Below are positions 31,203 to 41,426 of a DNA stretch of 64,000 nucleotides, in pieces (the stretch's first letter is position 1; every line of letters begins with the position of its first letter). Both the position numbers and the translations under genes were made by a program. The stretch is from the NCBI GenBank assembly GCA_026066175.1, contig GCA_026066175.1_4721.1. One strand, written 5' to 3'. The notes below the pieces were generated by a model. It searched no databases. It was not told the DNA's origin and saw only the letters and a program-made list of their open reading frames with translations. The DNA comes from a phage.

Positions 31203-31496
31203 TCAGTGCAATTGTTTCTTAAACCCAGCATTAAGGAGCTGGGTTCTTTCATCGATAGTATCCAACGTGGTCAATAACAACCTGCGTTGTTCTTTCGTCA
31301 ACATCTCTCCTTTAAGACGCTGTTCTATTTCTATCTTCAGTAGCATCGGCATCGTTTGCGATAGCACGCTATCCGCTTCTATCTCGTAATTATCTTCCGG
31401 CGTGGGTAATACATCACTAACACCGACAAGATAATGGCCGATAACGGTTCGTCGTCTTTCCATTGCCTCCAGCAGTTCGCTGCTCACTTCATCCAC
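31203..31496 (-). CDS. Hypothetical protein
   Basis: 97-aa ORF with a GTG start preceded by AAAGGAGGA. Confidence 0.4.
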   Translation of the reverse strand: MDEVSSELLEAMERRRTVIGHYLVGVSDVLPTPEDNYEIEADSVLSQTMPMLLKIEIEQRLKGEMLTKEQRRLLLTTLDTIDERTQLLNAGFKKQLH

Positions 31497-31539
31497 GATT
31501 ATCCTCCTTTAAGGGCGAGGTACCTCGCCCTTAAGATCT

Positions 31540-32559
31540 TTATACCGCTACTTGTGCTTTAATAGCAGGGTGTGATTGATATCCGACGAACACAAAGTCT
31601 TCGTAACGGTAATCCGTGATACTCTCCGGTTTCCGCACAATTTTCAGTTTCGGTAGTGGATACGGCTCACGACTAAGTTGTTCTTTAACCTGTTCGAAGT
31701 GGTTATGGTAGATGTGACAATCTCCACCTGTCCACACAAACTCCCCAACGTCCATGTTCAGCTGTTGCGCAAGCATGTGTGTTAACAACGAATAGGAAGC
31801 AATGTTAAAGGGCGTCCCGAGCAGCGCGTCCTGGCTACGACAAGTCAGCATACACGACAGTGCGCGCGTAGGTACGTTATGCGCATTCAACCAGAGTTCG
31901 GTTTCGCTCTGTTTAACATCGTCGGTAACCCATCGTGCTCTTAGCGCATCGTTGCGGTGGACGTAATAAACACGTTCATCGATAGTGAGTTCATGGGTGT
32001 AGAACTGATAGAAACTGTGGCATGCAGGAAGCGCCATATCGTCTAAATTGCCTACGTTCCATGCGCTAACGATAATCCGTCGAGAATCAGGATCTTCTTT
32101 GAGTTGACGCATCACGTTTGCAATTTGGTCATGGTGTTTAACATACAAGAGATGTTTAACCATACCGTCGTTAACAATACCGCAATACTCATAACCGCGT
32201 TGCATCAAAGTACGGGTACGTTCGGTGTCGTGCGGAACAACAACTTTGTAGTCGATCCATTCACGCCATTGTCTACCGTAAATCGGCCCTAGGTTCCCTT
32301 CTTTATCAGCCCACTCATTCCAAATACGTACGCCGTTATCCTGAAGATACGCGACGTTCGTATCACCGTTAAGGAACCAGAGTAGTTCGTGAACAACGCT
32401 CTTAAGGTGAATCTTCTTGGTGGTGACCAACGGAAACCCTTTCTTTAAGTCAAAATGCATTTGACGTCCGAATACCGAACGTGTGCCGGTACCGGTACGA
32501 TCAGCTTTATCGCGACCGCTATCCATGATGTCTTGTAAGAGATCTAAGTACTGTTTCAT
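31540..32559 (-). CDS. thyA: Thymidylate synthase (ThyA family) with two insertions
   Basis: Collinear with E. coli ThyA from MKQYL..DRTGTGT..FPLVTTK..HELLWFL to [14 protein letters not shown], the catalytic Cys in [21 protein letters not shown] and C-terminal REP.PLPKL; ~40-aa and ~30-aa insertions give 339 aa versus 264. Confidence 0.85.
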   Translation of the reverse strand: MKQYLDLLQDIMDSGRDKADRTGTGTRSVFGRQMHFDLKKGFPLVTTKKIHLKSVVHELLWFLNGDTNVAYLQDNGVRIWNEWADKEGNLGPIYGRQWREWIDYKVVVPHDTERTRTLMQRGYEYCGIVNDGMVKHLLYVKHHDQIANVMRQLKEDPDSRRIIVSAWNVGNLDDMALPACHSFYQFYTHELTIDERVYYVHRNDALRARWVTDDVKQSETELWLNAHNVPTRALSCMLTCRSQDALLGTPFNIASYSLLTHMLAQQLNMDVGEFVWTGGDCHIYHNHFEQVKEQLSREPYPLPKLKIVRKPESITDYRYEDFVFVGYQSHPAIKAQVAV

Positions 32560-32768
32560 TTCAATCCTCTAAACGCTTTAGGTAGTTCCTGAAGTTTGTC
32601 ACGATATTTAGAATCGCTTAACGTGTAACAACAACCACGTAACACGTTGTATGCGTAATCAGCTTGTAAACCACGAACCATCGGATCCGACGATAGATTC
32701 AATGGTACATCATCAAAAATCCACACTTCAACGTTCTTCTTGTGTTCCTTCGTTAACATCGTTTTCAC
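32556..32768 (-). CDS. Hypothetical small protein
   Basis: 70-aa ORF, ATGA-coupled to thyA. Confidence 0.35.
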   Translation of the reverse strand: MKTMLTKEHKKNVEVWIFDDVPLNLSSDPMVRGLQADYAYNVLRGCCYTLSDSKYRDKLQELPKAFRGLK

Positions 32769-32828
32769 CTCACGATAAAGTAAATAGGATTTGTCGAGAC
32801 GCCCTATTCTTTTATCGTTGGTTTTCCA

Positions 32829-33692
32829 TTAGTAATAATATCTGATACGTTCGGGTTTTGCTAAAACACTCTGTTCGAATGGCCTTACATGTACGCAAAC
32901 ATCGACAGAATAATAGATACTACCATCGCCACACCATCGCATTACCACACATCCCTTTCTTGTACGAATATGGTAAAACGTCCACTGTGTTTGCCAGTTA
33001 TCGTCTGTGGATTCTTCCGTTCTTTCTTCCGCATCAAGAATCTTTTCACCGACAATATCGCTTAAATCACCATCGATATCGCTGAGATATACCGTCTCGC
33101 AACACTCACGGCTGTGGTACATTTCTACCACGTTATCGTCTTCGCGATGAAAAAGGATAGCTTTACAGTATTCCAGCTGTTCCTCGGTTATTTCTGACGC
33201 GTTAAGTAATTCGTCGTTATCAGTCACCATCCAGATATTTTTGATTACATGCCCGTCGAGCTCCTCCATTGTAAATACCTCGATATTCGGACGAACGGGT
33301 TCAGGTTGAACAATCGGAATACGAACACAACCAATTAAGGCCATCCGTCCTTTCTTTGGTCTAACCGCAAGGTAAGGTGATTTTCTTGGGTGGTTATGCA
33401 GACGTATTTCTAATTCGTCGAATTTAATCCCGTATATACCTAAGAAACGATCGAACAACCGATGAAACTCATCTGTTGCTTCTTCCAACGTTATGGCGTC
33501 TACCGTGAGTTTATGTCCCCTGAACACTCTGGTTAAATCGATAACGTCCAGTGTCTTGAAATATATTTCCGTAAGGGGATGATTTGTATTTTCCAGGTAC
33601 GTAATGGTTCTTTGAACCCAGATTTTAGGCGCAGCGCCTTTAAAACGTTTCAGGTATTTAAAGCGATAACGGGTATGATCTGATGTTATCAT
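32829..33692 (-). CDS. Hypothetical protein
   Basis: Start moved to MITSDHTRY (GAGAGGAGG upstream); the longer ORF would read through the terminator hairpin. Confidence 0.45.
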   Translation of the reverse strand: MITSDHTRYRFKYLKRFKGAAPKIWVQRTITYLENTNHPLTEIYFKTLDVIDLTRVFRGHKLTVDAITLEEATDEFHRLFDRFLGIYGIKFDELEIRLHNHPRKSPYLAVRPKKGRMALIGCVRIPIVQPEPVRPNIEVFTMEELDGHVIKNIWMVTDNDELLNASEITEEQLEYCKAILFHREDDNVVEMYHSRECCETVYLSDIDGDLSDIVGEKILDAEERTEESTDDNWQTQWTFYHIRTRKGCVVMRWCGDGSIYYSVDVCVHVRPFEQSVLAKPERIRYYY

Positions 33693-33766
33693 TTTAGCCT
33701 CCTCTCTTAGCTTCAGAGAATTCTCAAAATCCGTTAGTTTTGATAGACCGAGTAAGACGGCATAAA

Positions 33767-33787
33767 AGCCTCCCTCCATGGGAGGCT
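33767..33787 (-). terminator. GC-rich stem-loop with TTTTATGCC tail
   Basis: AGCCTCCC / GGGAGGCT; minus-strand tail TTTTATGCCG. Confidence 0.5.
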
Positions 33788-33800
33788 TTATTACGATAAT

Positions 33801-34349
33801 TTACATTACGCGGACAGCGAATTCAAGGACGTATACGTCATCGGCGTCCATTGGGTTTGTGGTCGAATAACCAATGAAACAATACCCCATCGCTGAAACG
33901 AAATCTTCGAGTTTATCAATGCTATTTGCGAGAATGCGATCATCGATGCTCAAACGGCATTTACGCGTTATTTTGTTACCGCGCGGTACGGCGGATAACA
34001 AACACATGAAATGCGTGATGCGGTTGTTATGGATAAACTGCGAATAGACATCAGAAGGATTGAGACTCCCCATAACGTCCTGAATGTGTGCACGACGTCC
34101 AGGTGATACATATTCCGAGTATGCGAATGTCGCTACCGTACGACGATCTTCAGTGAAATACGTATTACCTTCAGGGTGGTAGCTCTCCACGGTTCCATCT
34201 TCGCGGGCGACGGTTACGATAGGTGCACCGTATTCGTCACGGCTGAAATCAACTTTGCATTTATCCGTGAGTGGTAGTATCGTGCACGGCTTCGCGGTGT
34301 TCTCATCCGGGAGATCATAACCACTCATCATTTTCAAGAACATAGACAT
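33801..34349 (-). CDS. Hypothetical protein, paralog A of a local three-gene family
   Basis: N-terminus MSMFLKMMSGYDLPDENTAKP..TVATFAYS resembles 34436-34975; C-terminal KITRKCRLSIDDRI resembles 35051-35362. Confidence 0.45.
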   Translation of the reverse strand: MSMFLKMMSGYDLPDENTAKPCTILPLTDKCKVDFSRDEYGAPIVTVAREDGTVESYHPEGNTYFTEDRRTVATFAYSEYVSPGRRAHIQDVMGSLNPSDVYSQFIHNNRITHFMCLLSAVPRGNKITRKCRLSIDDRILANSIDKLEDFVSAMGYCFIGYSTTNPMDADDVYVLEFAVRVM

Positions 34350-34401
34350 AATAGAACCTCATGGTAATAGAAGATAGAGTTAATAGATACTACAACAGAT
34401 T

Positions 34402-34425
34402 GAGGGGGTATTATCCCACCCCCTC
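34402..34425 (-). terminator. Stem-loop
   Basis: GAGGGGGT / ACCCCCTC. Confidence 0.4.
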
Positions 34426-34435
34426 GCAGGGATTA

Positions 34436-34975
34436 TTACTTCTTATAAGGCGTGACTCTAAAGACACCCTCATTCTGATCATAAACAACCACGAACTGTC
34501 CGGCGAATAGATGACGGAGTAATGAGTCGATATTGTTTATAAATTGACTGTCATTTATCTGTACAAAATCGATTACGCGATCTCGCTTCAAACTACGATC
34601 GATTAAGCGTATTTCAAGCAACGCCATGATAAGTTTATCGTTAAGATATCCGCCTGCCTCCAAGGCTTTTCCATAACTGACGTTTTTGATATCAGCACGC
34701 ATACGCTCGACGTCTACCATGGGGAAACCGCAAGAATACGCATATGTTGCGACAGTGTTACCGTTATCCATCACGTAGACGTTACCGCCGGGATAATCGA
34801 TAAAACGTTGGGTTTTGTCACCATGAACAGCGATTTCTAACGTCGGTTTACCCATCGAATTGCGGTTGAATTCGATGGTCGTCAAGCGATCCGGCACCAC
34901 ATGCAGTGTAAACGGTTTCGAGTTGTTTTGATCGCTGGTATCGCAGTTGCCCATCATTTTTACAATAACACTCAT
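34436..34975 (-). CDS. Hypothetical protein, paralog B
   Basis: MSVIVKMMGNCDTSDQNNSKP..TVATYAYS. Confidence 0.45.
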   Translation of the reverse strand: MSVIVKMMGNCDTSDQNNSKPFTLHVVPDRLTTIEFNRNSMGKPTLEIAVHGDKTQRFIDYPGGNVYVMDNGNTVATYAYSCGFPMVDVERMRADIKNVSYGKALEAGGYLNDKLIMALLEIRLIDRSLKRDRVIDFVQINDSQFINNIDSLLRHLFAGQFVVVYDQNEGVFRVTPYKK

Positions 34976-35050
34976 GTTTAACTCCTTAGTAGTCCTAGTA
35001 GTAGTTAATGAGGGAGTTCACCTCATCAGATAACCTATACTGGTAAGATC

Positions 35051-35362
35051 TTACCGAAACGTTACGTGAAATGAAACAATGTAACCTTCTGGTTTGTCAG
35101 CCTTATATCGAGTACAGAAATAACCAAACTTCGTTAGGAATTCACACAACGCATCGGCCTGATATAACGGTATACGGTCGTCATCGAGTAACGAGCATTG
35201 ATGTGTAATCTTCTCCGAAGGATCGACACGACACAAATAAAGAAGGAATCCTACTATAGCCTGATTACTCGTAAAGTTGTCGAACTCGTCTTTGGCTTTA
35301 AACTCTTTAATGGACGTTAGCGTTTTCGTCAATCGCTCACGATCAAGCATGTTAACCTCCAT
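35051..35362 (-). CDS. Hypothetical protein, paralog C (C-terminal domain only)
   Basis: KITHQCSLLDDDRI...GYFCTRY resembles the C-terminus of 33801-34349. Confidence 0.4.
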   Translation of the reverse strand: MEVNMLDRERLTKTLTSIKEFKAKDEFDNFTSNQAIVGFLLYLCRVDPSEKITHQCSLLDDDRIPLYQADALCEFLTKFGYFCTRYKADKPEGYIVSFHVTFR

Positions 35363-35414
35363 ACAAACATAACCCTCCTCCTTCCCTTACGGGTTGGAGG
35401 AGGGGATTATGCTG

Positions 35415-35729
35415 TTATTCTGTTTTAGGTGACGAACCGTTCTTCTTGAAGTCGGATTCGTATTTCACATTAGAATCGAGAACCTCACGAACGGTTTTAT
35501 CTGTACAACCGCGGGCGATATACGCGTTCAAATCGTCACGCAATTTACGCATCGTTGTTTTATCCACATCAGAAACATCTGACTTGGTAAGACGGAATGC
35601 AATCGCATCACGAATTTTATTCAACGTTGCTGGATTATTACGCTGCTCTGCAAATACCGCTTTGATGAAGGTACCGCTGTCTTTCGAAGCAACGGCAGCA
35701 TCAAGAATCTCAATATGCTTTTCAGACAT
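35415..35729 (-). CDS. Hypothetical protein
   Basis: 104-aa ORF. Confidence 0.4.
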   Translation of the reverse strand: MSEKHIEILDAAVASKDSGTFIKAVFAEQRNNPATLNKIRDAIAFRLTKSDVSDVDKTTMRKLRDDLNAYIARGCTDKTVREVLDSNVKYESDFKKNGSSPKTE

Positions 35730-35780
35730 TTTCTTTCCTTTAATAAACGATCATCGTCATATTCATTGCGCAGGATACCG

Positions 35781-37094
35781 TCACTTAGACACCGCCATGC
35801 TTCGCGCTAACGCAACGTCGTACGCATCCATGATTGCGTCGCCGATAGCAGTATGACGAATCAACGGAATACCTACGTCTGGATACTCTTTGGTACCCAT
35901 GATCGATACCGGTTTGTCCTGATAGGCTGCGATCATCGAACGAATGTCCTGAACCTGGTTGTATCGGCAGATGGGTTTAAAGCCTGCTTTACGGAACCAA
36001 TACTCTAATTGAGGCCAATCGGTTTCACCGCGGGCAAGATAATAGAAGGTATCTTTACCGTAGTATTCTGTCATTTTGTCACGAATATTGTTAACGAACG
36101 CATTGACTTCAGCAATGGCTTCTTTATAGCCCATTACCTTACCATGCTGGAAACAATAATCACGTGCTTCTTTCGGTGCTTTGGTTTGCCACCACTCTAC
36201 CGTTGATTCGCTGATACGACCACCGTCAGCGATTTGACCGTGCACGTCAGGGAAGACATCAATACGCGGACCGTTAACGATGGATTCTGGATTAGCCAGA
36301 TCGAAGAACACGATACCGATTTCTAACAACACCCCGTTCTTTTCCAGACTAAGGTTCTCAACATCCAAACAGAATGCAGGCTTCTCTACCGCTAATGGCT
36401 CGAATGAATGGTTGCTGGTATCCGACTCAGCTTCGAGTTCGGTGGCGTCCAGATCGGTATCCGCAGGTTTCAGTTCTAATACAGCATTATCAAGCCCGGT
36501 TAACGAAAAATAGTCTTCGAAGAAATCGGGTACCGTCATGCCATGCAAATCGATACCACAATCTTCCATCCATTGTTTAAACTGGCACTCATCGACATCG
36601 ATCGCTAAACGGCATGGTCCGTAACGATTATCCAATGACGCATCAATCCAGAAGAAAGTGCGTATAAGTAAGTAAGGATTATGCTCCGCGATGATTTCTT
36701 GGCTAGCGTGAGCATCATACACCATTACCTGTATTATTTCCTTACGTGTGTTATACGGATCAACCATCAATCGCCGCACGACTTCTCCCAGGTATTCCAG
36801 CGCACGTGTGTACACGGTAGATCCAACTTGTCCGTACGCGCTTATACCCGTCAATAGTTCCTTATAAGACGCGTCTGAAAGCGAAGACGATAGCACACGC
36901 GCCAGCTCGGCATTGTATATACTGCATGATTTCTTCGGGGCGATAGCATCATGTAACGCTTTAATAAACGCTGGTCCATCAATATCAAACAACCATCCTT
37001 GGCGTCGGTGGGCGGTATATCGTAATAACGCACCGATAGCTGCCTGGGGTGGTGTATATTCTTTTTCGTTAATTTCAAACAGTAGTTCGCTCAT
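35781..37094 (-). CDS. Two-domain protein with C-terminal DnaQ-like 3'-5' exonuclease (DEDDh)
   Basis: Exo I FCLDVENLS (D.E), Exo III RHTAIGDAIMDAYD (H...D); ~200-aa N-terminal domain of unknown function. Confidence 0.55.
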   Translation of the reverse strand: MSELLFEINEKEYTPPQAAIGALLRYTAHRRQGWLFDIDGPAFIKALHDAIAPKKSCSIYNAELARVLSSSLSDASYKELLTGISAYGQVGSTVYTRALEYLGEVVRRLMVDPYNTRKEIIQVMVYDAHASQEIIAEHNPYLLIRTFFWIDASLDNRYGPCRLAIDVDECQFKQWMEDCGIDLHGMTVPDFFEDYFSLTGLDNAVLELKPADTDLDATELEAESDTSNHSFEPLAVEKPAFCLDVENLSLEKNGVLLEIGIVFFDLANPESIVNGPRIDVFPDVHGQIADGGRISESTVEWWQTKAPKEARDYCFQHGKVMGYKEAIAEVNAFVNNIRDKMTEYYGKDTFYYLARGETDWPQLEYWFRKAGFKPICRYNQVQDIRSMIAAYQDKPVSIMGTKEYPDVGIPLIRHTAIGDAIMDAYDVALARSMAVSK

Positions 37095-37110
37095 TTTAAC
37101 ACCTTTTTTG

Positions 37111-37446
37111 TTATTCTGGTTTATCTGCTGACAGACCGAGACCCGCCAGTATTACGTAGTCGTACCACGCTTTTACTTTTGCTTTCGCGTCATCTAAACT
37201 GAATTCGGTGACGTAAGGAAATTCGCCGTTGACTTGGAAAGGCAGCTCGCAGGTGTAGCCGGTATGATCCTTCCAACCTTTCCATTCGATAATCAGAAGA
37301 CCAAAAACAGTCTCAGCGGTAACATGATTGTAGCGGCACGCTTCGTTTGGCGGATATTCTTCCGACCAGGTAATCTCCTGCTGTGCTAAAAGCTGTTGTA
37401 CGACCGCTAACGGTTGTTCCTCATTAAGTTCGATACTATCGATCAT
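37111..37446 (-). CDS. Hypothetical protein
   Basis: 111-aa ORF. Confidence 0.4.
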   Translation of the reverse strand: MIDSIELNEEQPLAVVQQLLAQQEITWSEEYPPNEACRYNHVTAETVFGLLIIEWKGWKDHTGYTCELPFQVNGEFPYVTEFSLDDAKAKVKAWYDYVILAGLGLSADKPE

Positions 37447-38039
37447 CGGATACCCTCTTTCTCTTTATCGTAATCACTGCAAACATTAACGAATGCCGTA
37501 TTGCTGGATAGCACACTTACCATCTTACGGATTGCATCCAGCGGTTCAAGTTTAGGATCAATTAACGCACCGGTCAACACGCTGATTGCTCGTGCGATCT
37601 CAGCCAAATTAACATTTGGGTCTTTGTCGTCAATAATGAGCAAACTCTTTGCTGACTTCCGGCGACGCTTGACGATCAACAAGAACGTAATCAGGTTCTC
37701 ACGCCACGCATCAGAATCCAGATTACGTATCAGGGTTAATGCCCGACGTTCTTCTGCCCAGGATGGTTTCTCACGGATCACCGGCATGTAAGCTAATTGT
37801 TCGGCAAGTCCTTTCAGACTGACGCGGTTGGTCCCACCAGGATGTTCGCTGATCCTCAACATCTCGGTTAATATACGCACATATGCGGTTGTTGTTGATA
37901 CGCCACGTAGCGGCAAGAACAAATTATGTCCTGGAACACCATCATGGCTCAACGGTGCGATATAAGTCATGAACCAGCGAATATCATCGTCGGTTTGTTC
38001 TCCAACGACGAATGTAAACGCCTCACGTAAAACACTCAC
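37443..38039 (-). CDS. Hypothetical protein
   Basis: 198-aa ORF. Confidence 0.45.
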   Translation of the reverse strand: MSVLREAFTFVVGEQTDDDIRWFMTYIAPLSHDGVPGHNLFLPLRGVSTTTAYVRILTEMLRISEHPGGTNRVSLKGLAEQLAYMPVIREKPSWAEERRALTLIRNLDSDAWRENLITFLLIVKRRRKSAKSLLIIDDKDPNVNLAEIARAISVLTGALIDPKLEPLDAIRKMVSVLSSNTAFVNVCSDYDKEKEGIR

Positions 38040-38325
38040 GATGAAATCTCCTTAACGCTTCTTGTATACGTAATCTCTTCGGTAGGTACAGACGTTTGTA
38101 CAAATCGATTAACAGATAACGCAACACTGACGCGACCACCAGGTACTCACCCTCGGATTCGGAATAGCGGATCATGTTAATCGGGTAATTCAAATAAGAA
38201 TAAGAAAAGAGATCATCGTTAGTAAGGCGATGATCCTCAAGATACTGACGAAATATGTTTGCTAAGGCATCGTACTCCATTCCGTAGTAACGCAACGACA
38301 CCTGTCTTGCAGACAGTCGTTTCAT
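38023..38325 (-). CDS. Hypothetical protein
   Basis: 100-aa ORF. Confidence 0.4.
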   Translation of the reverse strand: MKRLSARQVSLRYYGMEYDALANIFRQYLEDHRLTNDDLFSYSYLNYPINMIRYSESEGEYLVVASVLRYLLIDLYKRLYLPKRLRIQEALRRFHRECFT

Positions 38326-39164
38326 GCTGGGTTACCTTTTAGTTTTTCGCGTATCGCTTCAACAACGCTTGAAGGATCAGTAATAATGGCCGCGATAAGA
38401 TAATCGATAGGTATGTCAAGAATGATTTTCTTCAATTGAAAGGTCGTATCTTTACGACGTACACCGTAAAACACACCATCCTTAAACACGACTTCGTATG
38501 AAATTGGGAGCTGGCTAATGATGGTATTGGCGTAATCCCCTAACCACATCGACCCCGCCATCAAGTGCGCACAAATTGCATGACTGATACGCACATCCTT
38601 GTTCTTCTGGCTGACATCTTTGATTTTAGCCATGGCGACCAGAAGTTCACCAACCTTATTCAGCATGTCGTCGTATACCCCGAAGAACTTAATCAACTGC
38701 CGCGTCCCTAACGACATATACGTCTCTCGAGGTAACACACAACACACCTGTGGTAACGTACCGACACCATAGACGCAACTGTGGGGTGATAACGGAAGCA
38801 GGTCAGCAACCGCATTTTTGATGTTGTTGTAAGCCGTGATATCGTTGAAGGGTGAAAGGCCTTTTGTCATTGGCTTATCGATCGCTACATCGAACTCGGC
38901 AAACGTCCATGCGGCTTTACGAAGTTGCCCCTTTTGGTAGGGCGGGGCCAATACCGCAACAACACGAAGACGGTACTCATGGGTATCACGCAATGTGAGT
39001 TGAATGCCTTCATCATCCCCTTTACGTACAAGCAGATAACGACTTGCGCATCCATCACACACCACCGTGGGTTCATGTTGACCGTACGCGGCGAGGATCG
39101 GTTTACTAAGATCTTTATCGCAGTGTTTACAATGATGATCTTGTTCCTGATAACAGATTTTCAC
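38322..39164 (-). CDS. Hypothetical protein with N-terminal zinc-ribbon-like motif
   Basis: CKHCDK...VVCDGCASRY. Confidence 0.45.
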   Translation of the reverse strand: MKICYQEQDHHCKHCDKDLSKPILAAYGQHEPTVVCDGCASRYLLVRKGDDEGIQLTLRDTHEYRLRVVAVLAPPYQKGQLRKAAWTFAEFDVAIDKPMTKGLSPFNDITAYNNIKNAVADLLPLSPHSCVYGVGTLPQVCCVLPRETYMSLGTRQLIKFFGVYDDMLNKVGELLVAMAKIKDVSQKNKDVRISHAICAHLMAGSMWLGDYANTIISQLPISYEVVFKDGVFYGVRRKDTTFQLKKIILDIPIDYLIAAIITDPSSVVEAIREKLKGNPA

Positions 39165-39178
39165 GATTAACCCCTCTG

Positions 39179-40135
39179 TTAATGTAAAACGCGATTTGCC
39201 GGAGCTACAACGGCGTTATCCATAGACAGATTCGTTGCTTTACGATCAGGACTGAATCGACGCGCATTTTCTTCGTGATGGTTAGCAGGGTTATCTTGTC
39301 CCATCAGTTCCTCTGCCTCACTGAACGAGAGTTCTCGAAAGCCTTTCGGATACAAGAACAACGGCTCATCAACATCCAACCCTTCGACAAATCCATGCGA
39401 TAACCAGACACTACCATCTACACTGTAAAGAATCGGTTCGATATCATAATCCAGAACGTACTGATACCAGTAGTTAAACAACTGGGCAATCCAACGGTTA
39501 CGCAGTAAGTAATCAATGACAATCGCGCTACGTACGCTGTGACACCAGCCGATTTTACCGTCAACTCTCTGCAGCAAGGTGCCGTCATTTGCTTGCCGGA
39601 TAACCGCATTAAACAGCCACACGAGATCGGTTGCGAAACTTGCCGCGTCTCGGATGTCGGGGATGTAACGCATGGGTATCGTCAGATGAGAACGGTATTT
39701 AGCCAATGCTTCTTCACCGTTGTCCCCTTCAACACAGAGAATACCATTCGCCGATAGATGACCTTGATTCAACGACTGGGCGATGTAAAGCTCGCCAATC
39801 TCGTTAACATGTTCGACTGTCCCTAGGGTTAACTCGGACATAAAACGGTCGAGATCAATAGGCATCGTCGTGCTCGCAATAAACGGATTCATAGGTCGGT
39901 TTTTATCCGAGAAAACGATCGACCAAACAGCTGCACATTTCTCATCGGTTGGCACAAACGAAACATGCCATTCCTTACGTTTATTCACCACGGACACTTT
40001 CGATGCTTTCCAGCAATGCGTACAAACATAACCGGTGTCTTGTAATGGCGTATCCGAAAACACATCGTAACGAATCGATGCAATTGCGATATCATGCCCG
40101 CAGTGAGGGCAGGTGGTATCAATAAGCGTTTTCAT
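39179..40135 (-). CDS. Hypothetical protein with N-terminal zinc-ribbon-like motif
   Basis: Start moved to MKTLIDTTCPHCGH...VCTHCWK. Confidence 0.45.
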   Translation of the reverse strand: MKTLIDTTCPHCGHDIAIASIRYDVFSDTPLQDTGYVCTHCWKASKVSVVNKRKEWHVSFVPTDEKCAAVWSIVFSDKNRPMNPFIASTTMPIDLDRFMSELTLGTVEHVNEIGELYIAQSLNQGHLSANGILCVEGDNGEEALAKYRSHLTIPMRYIPDIRDAASFATDLVWLFNAVIRQANDGTLLQRVDGKIGWCHSVRSAIVIDYLLRNRWIAQLFNYWYQYVLDYDIEPILYSVDGSVWLSHGFVEGLDVDEPLFLYPKGFRELSFSEAEELMGQDNPANHHEENARRFSPDRKATNLSMDNAVVAPANRVLH

Positions 40136-40139
40136 TTTG

Positions 40140-40366
40140 TTAAATTCCTTTTGATAAAAATACGTGGATGTCTGTAAGCTGTTCTTCGGGGATATCATCA
40201 GCTGCTGTTAGAACCTTGGGACCATGTTCGTTGAGGTAGGCTTCCCGCTGAAGCTGATGGAATCGATTGGCTTCTTGGAACTCGGTGTCCGTCATGTAAA
40301 CCAACTTGTACTTCGAACGTTTATTCGGATTATATCTCTTATTACGTTTCTTTGGTTTCTTCGCCA
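40140..40366 (-). CDS. Small basic protein
   Basis: Start moved to MAKKPKKRNKRYNP (GAGG upstream); the longer ORF would read through the hairpin at 40380-40407. Confidence 0.4.
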
Positions 40367-40379
40367 TAATAGCCTCGTG

Positions 40380-40407
40380 AAGGTGGATGGCGCGTACCAT
40401 CCACCTT
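40380..40407 (-). terminator. Stem-loop
   Basis: 11-bp stem AAGGTGGATGG / CCATCCACCTT. Confidence 0.4.
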
Positions 40408-40415
40408 CCTCCATG

Positions 40416-40946
40416 TTAAAGTGCGTTCAATTCTTCAGGTGTACGTACGGTACGGGTGTTAGGATCAACCATTGCCGGTGTGCCAGCAGGACATTTGCGA
40501 ACATCGATCCGCATCTCAGGTTCGATCGGACGAATACGGTATGTTTTACCGTCATCGGTTAATACCGAAATCGTCAACGCCTGGTTCAGTTCATTAACGA
40601 AGTTCACCAAACGTTGTTGACCTCCTTTCGCCCAGAAGTTAAGATCGGTTTCTCCATTGAAATAGCTGATCCCTTCAGCGGTGCCAATCGTGATCTTAAC
40701 GATGCCAGGATAATCACGAAGAAGAGGTGCTTGATAACCTTCGTCCTCTGTATCCAGTTTTACCCACGCACCACCTGTGGACAAGCAATTAACTTCTAAC
40801 GCGGTTGGTGCACTAACCTCCGCTGATGACCAGGTATACATGGTACCTAGTTTTGCGTGTCCGGTTTCCAGTTCGCTGTAATCCCAAGCCTGTGCTGACG
40901 CGGTAATAAAGAAAGCAGCAAGAAACAACTTTTTCATTCTTTTCAA
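40416..40946 (-). CDS. Secreted hypothetical protein
   Basis: Signal-peptide-like MKKLFLAAFFITASAQA. Confidence 0.5.
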   Translation of the reverse strand: MKRMKKLFLAAFFITASAQAWDYSELETGHAKLGTMYTWSSAEVSAPTALEVNCLSTGGAWVKLDTEDEGYQAPLLRDYPGIVKITIGTAEGISYFNGETDLNFWAKGGQQRLVNFVNELNQALTISVLTDDGKTYRIRPIEPEMRIDVRKCPAGTPAMVDPNTRTVRTPEELNAL

Positions 40947-40991
40947 TTCCTATTAGAGTGACCGATTATAGTGGTCGAGATTGCTAATAAC

Positions 40992-41426
40992 TTAATTCTG
41001 GTATTGTTTTCGTAATGCGCGATTACGTTTGCGTTCTTGGTTTTTAACGGTACCAAGAAACAGCTTCAATTCTGACGGTTTAAGCGTACCCTCACGTACC
41101 GCACCGTTTTGTTCGATGTGGTACGTCCAATGATCAACTTCCGCGGTTAAGACTAACGTGGTAGGTTGTTCGTCAGGTAGCGCACGCGGCGAGAAAATAA
41201 ACAACAACTCAAAAGGCGTTTCTCGGCTAATAACAGGACGGATGCTCACATCGAGACCCTCCCATCGCTGGGGTTTAAGCATACCGCCAGCAGCACTGAT
41301 CGTTTCCGAACGTTGATCTACAAACTCAGCGAGTTCCCGATCGTCATTAAAGTAGATCTCATGCAAGATATCCGTGTCGATATAAAACCCGCGTTTAAAA
41401 TCGTGACGAACAATTGAATTCTTCAT
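40992..41426 (-). CDS. Hypothetical protein
   Basis: 144-aa ORF. Confidence 0.45.
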   Translation of the reverse strand: MKNSIVRHDFKRGFYIDTDILHEIYFNDDRELAEFVDQRSETISAAGGMLKPQRWEGLDVSIRPVISRETPFELLFIFSPRALPDEQPTTLVLTAEVDHWTYHIEQNGAVREGTLKPSELKLFLGTVKNQERKRNRALRKQYQN

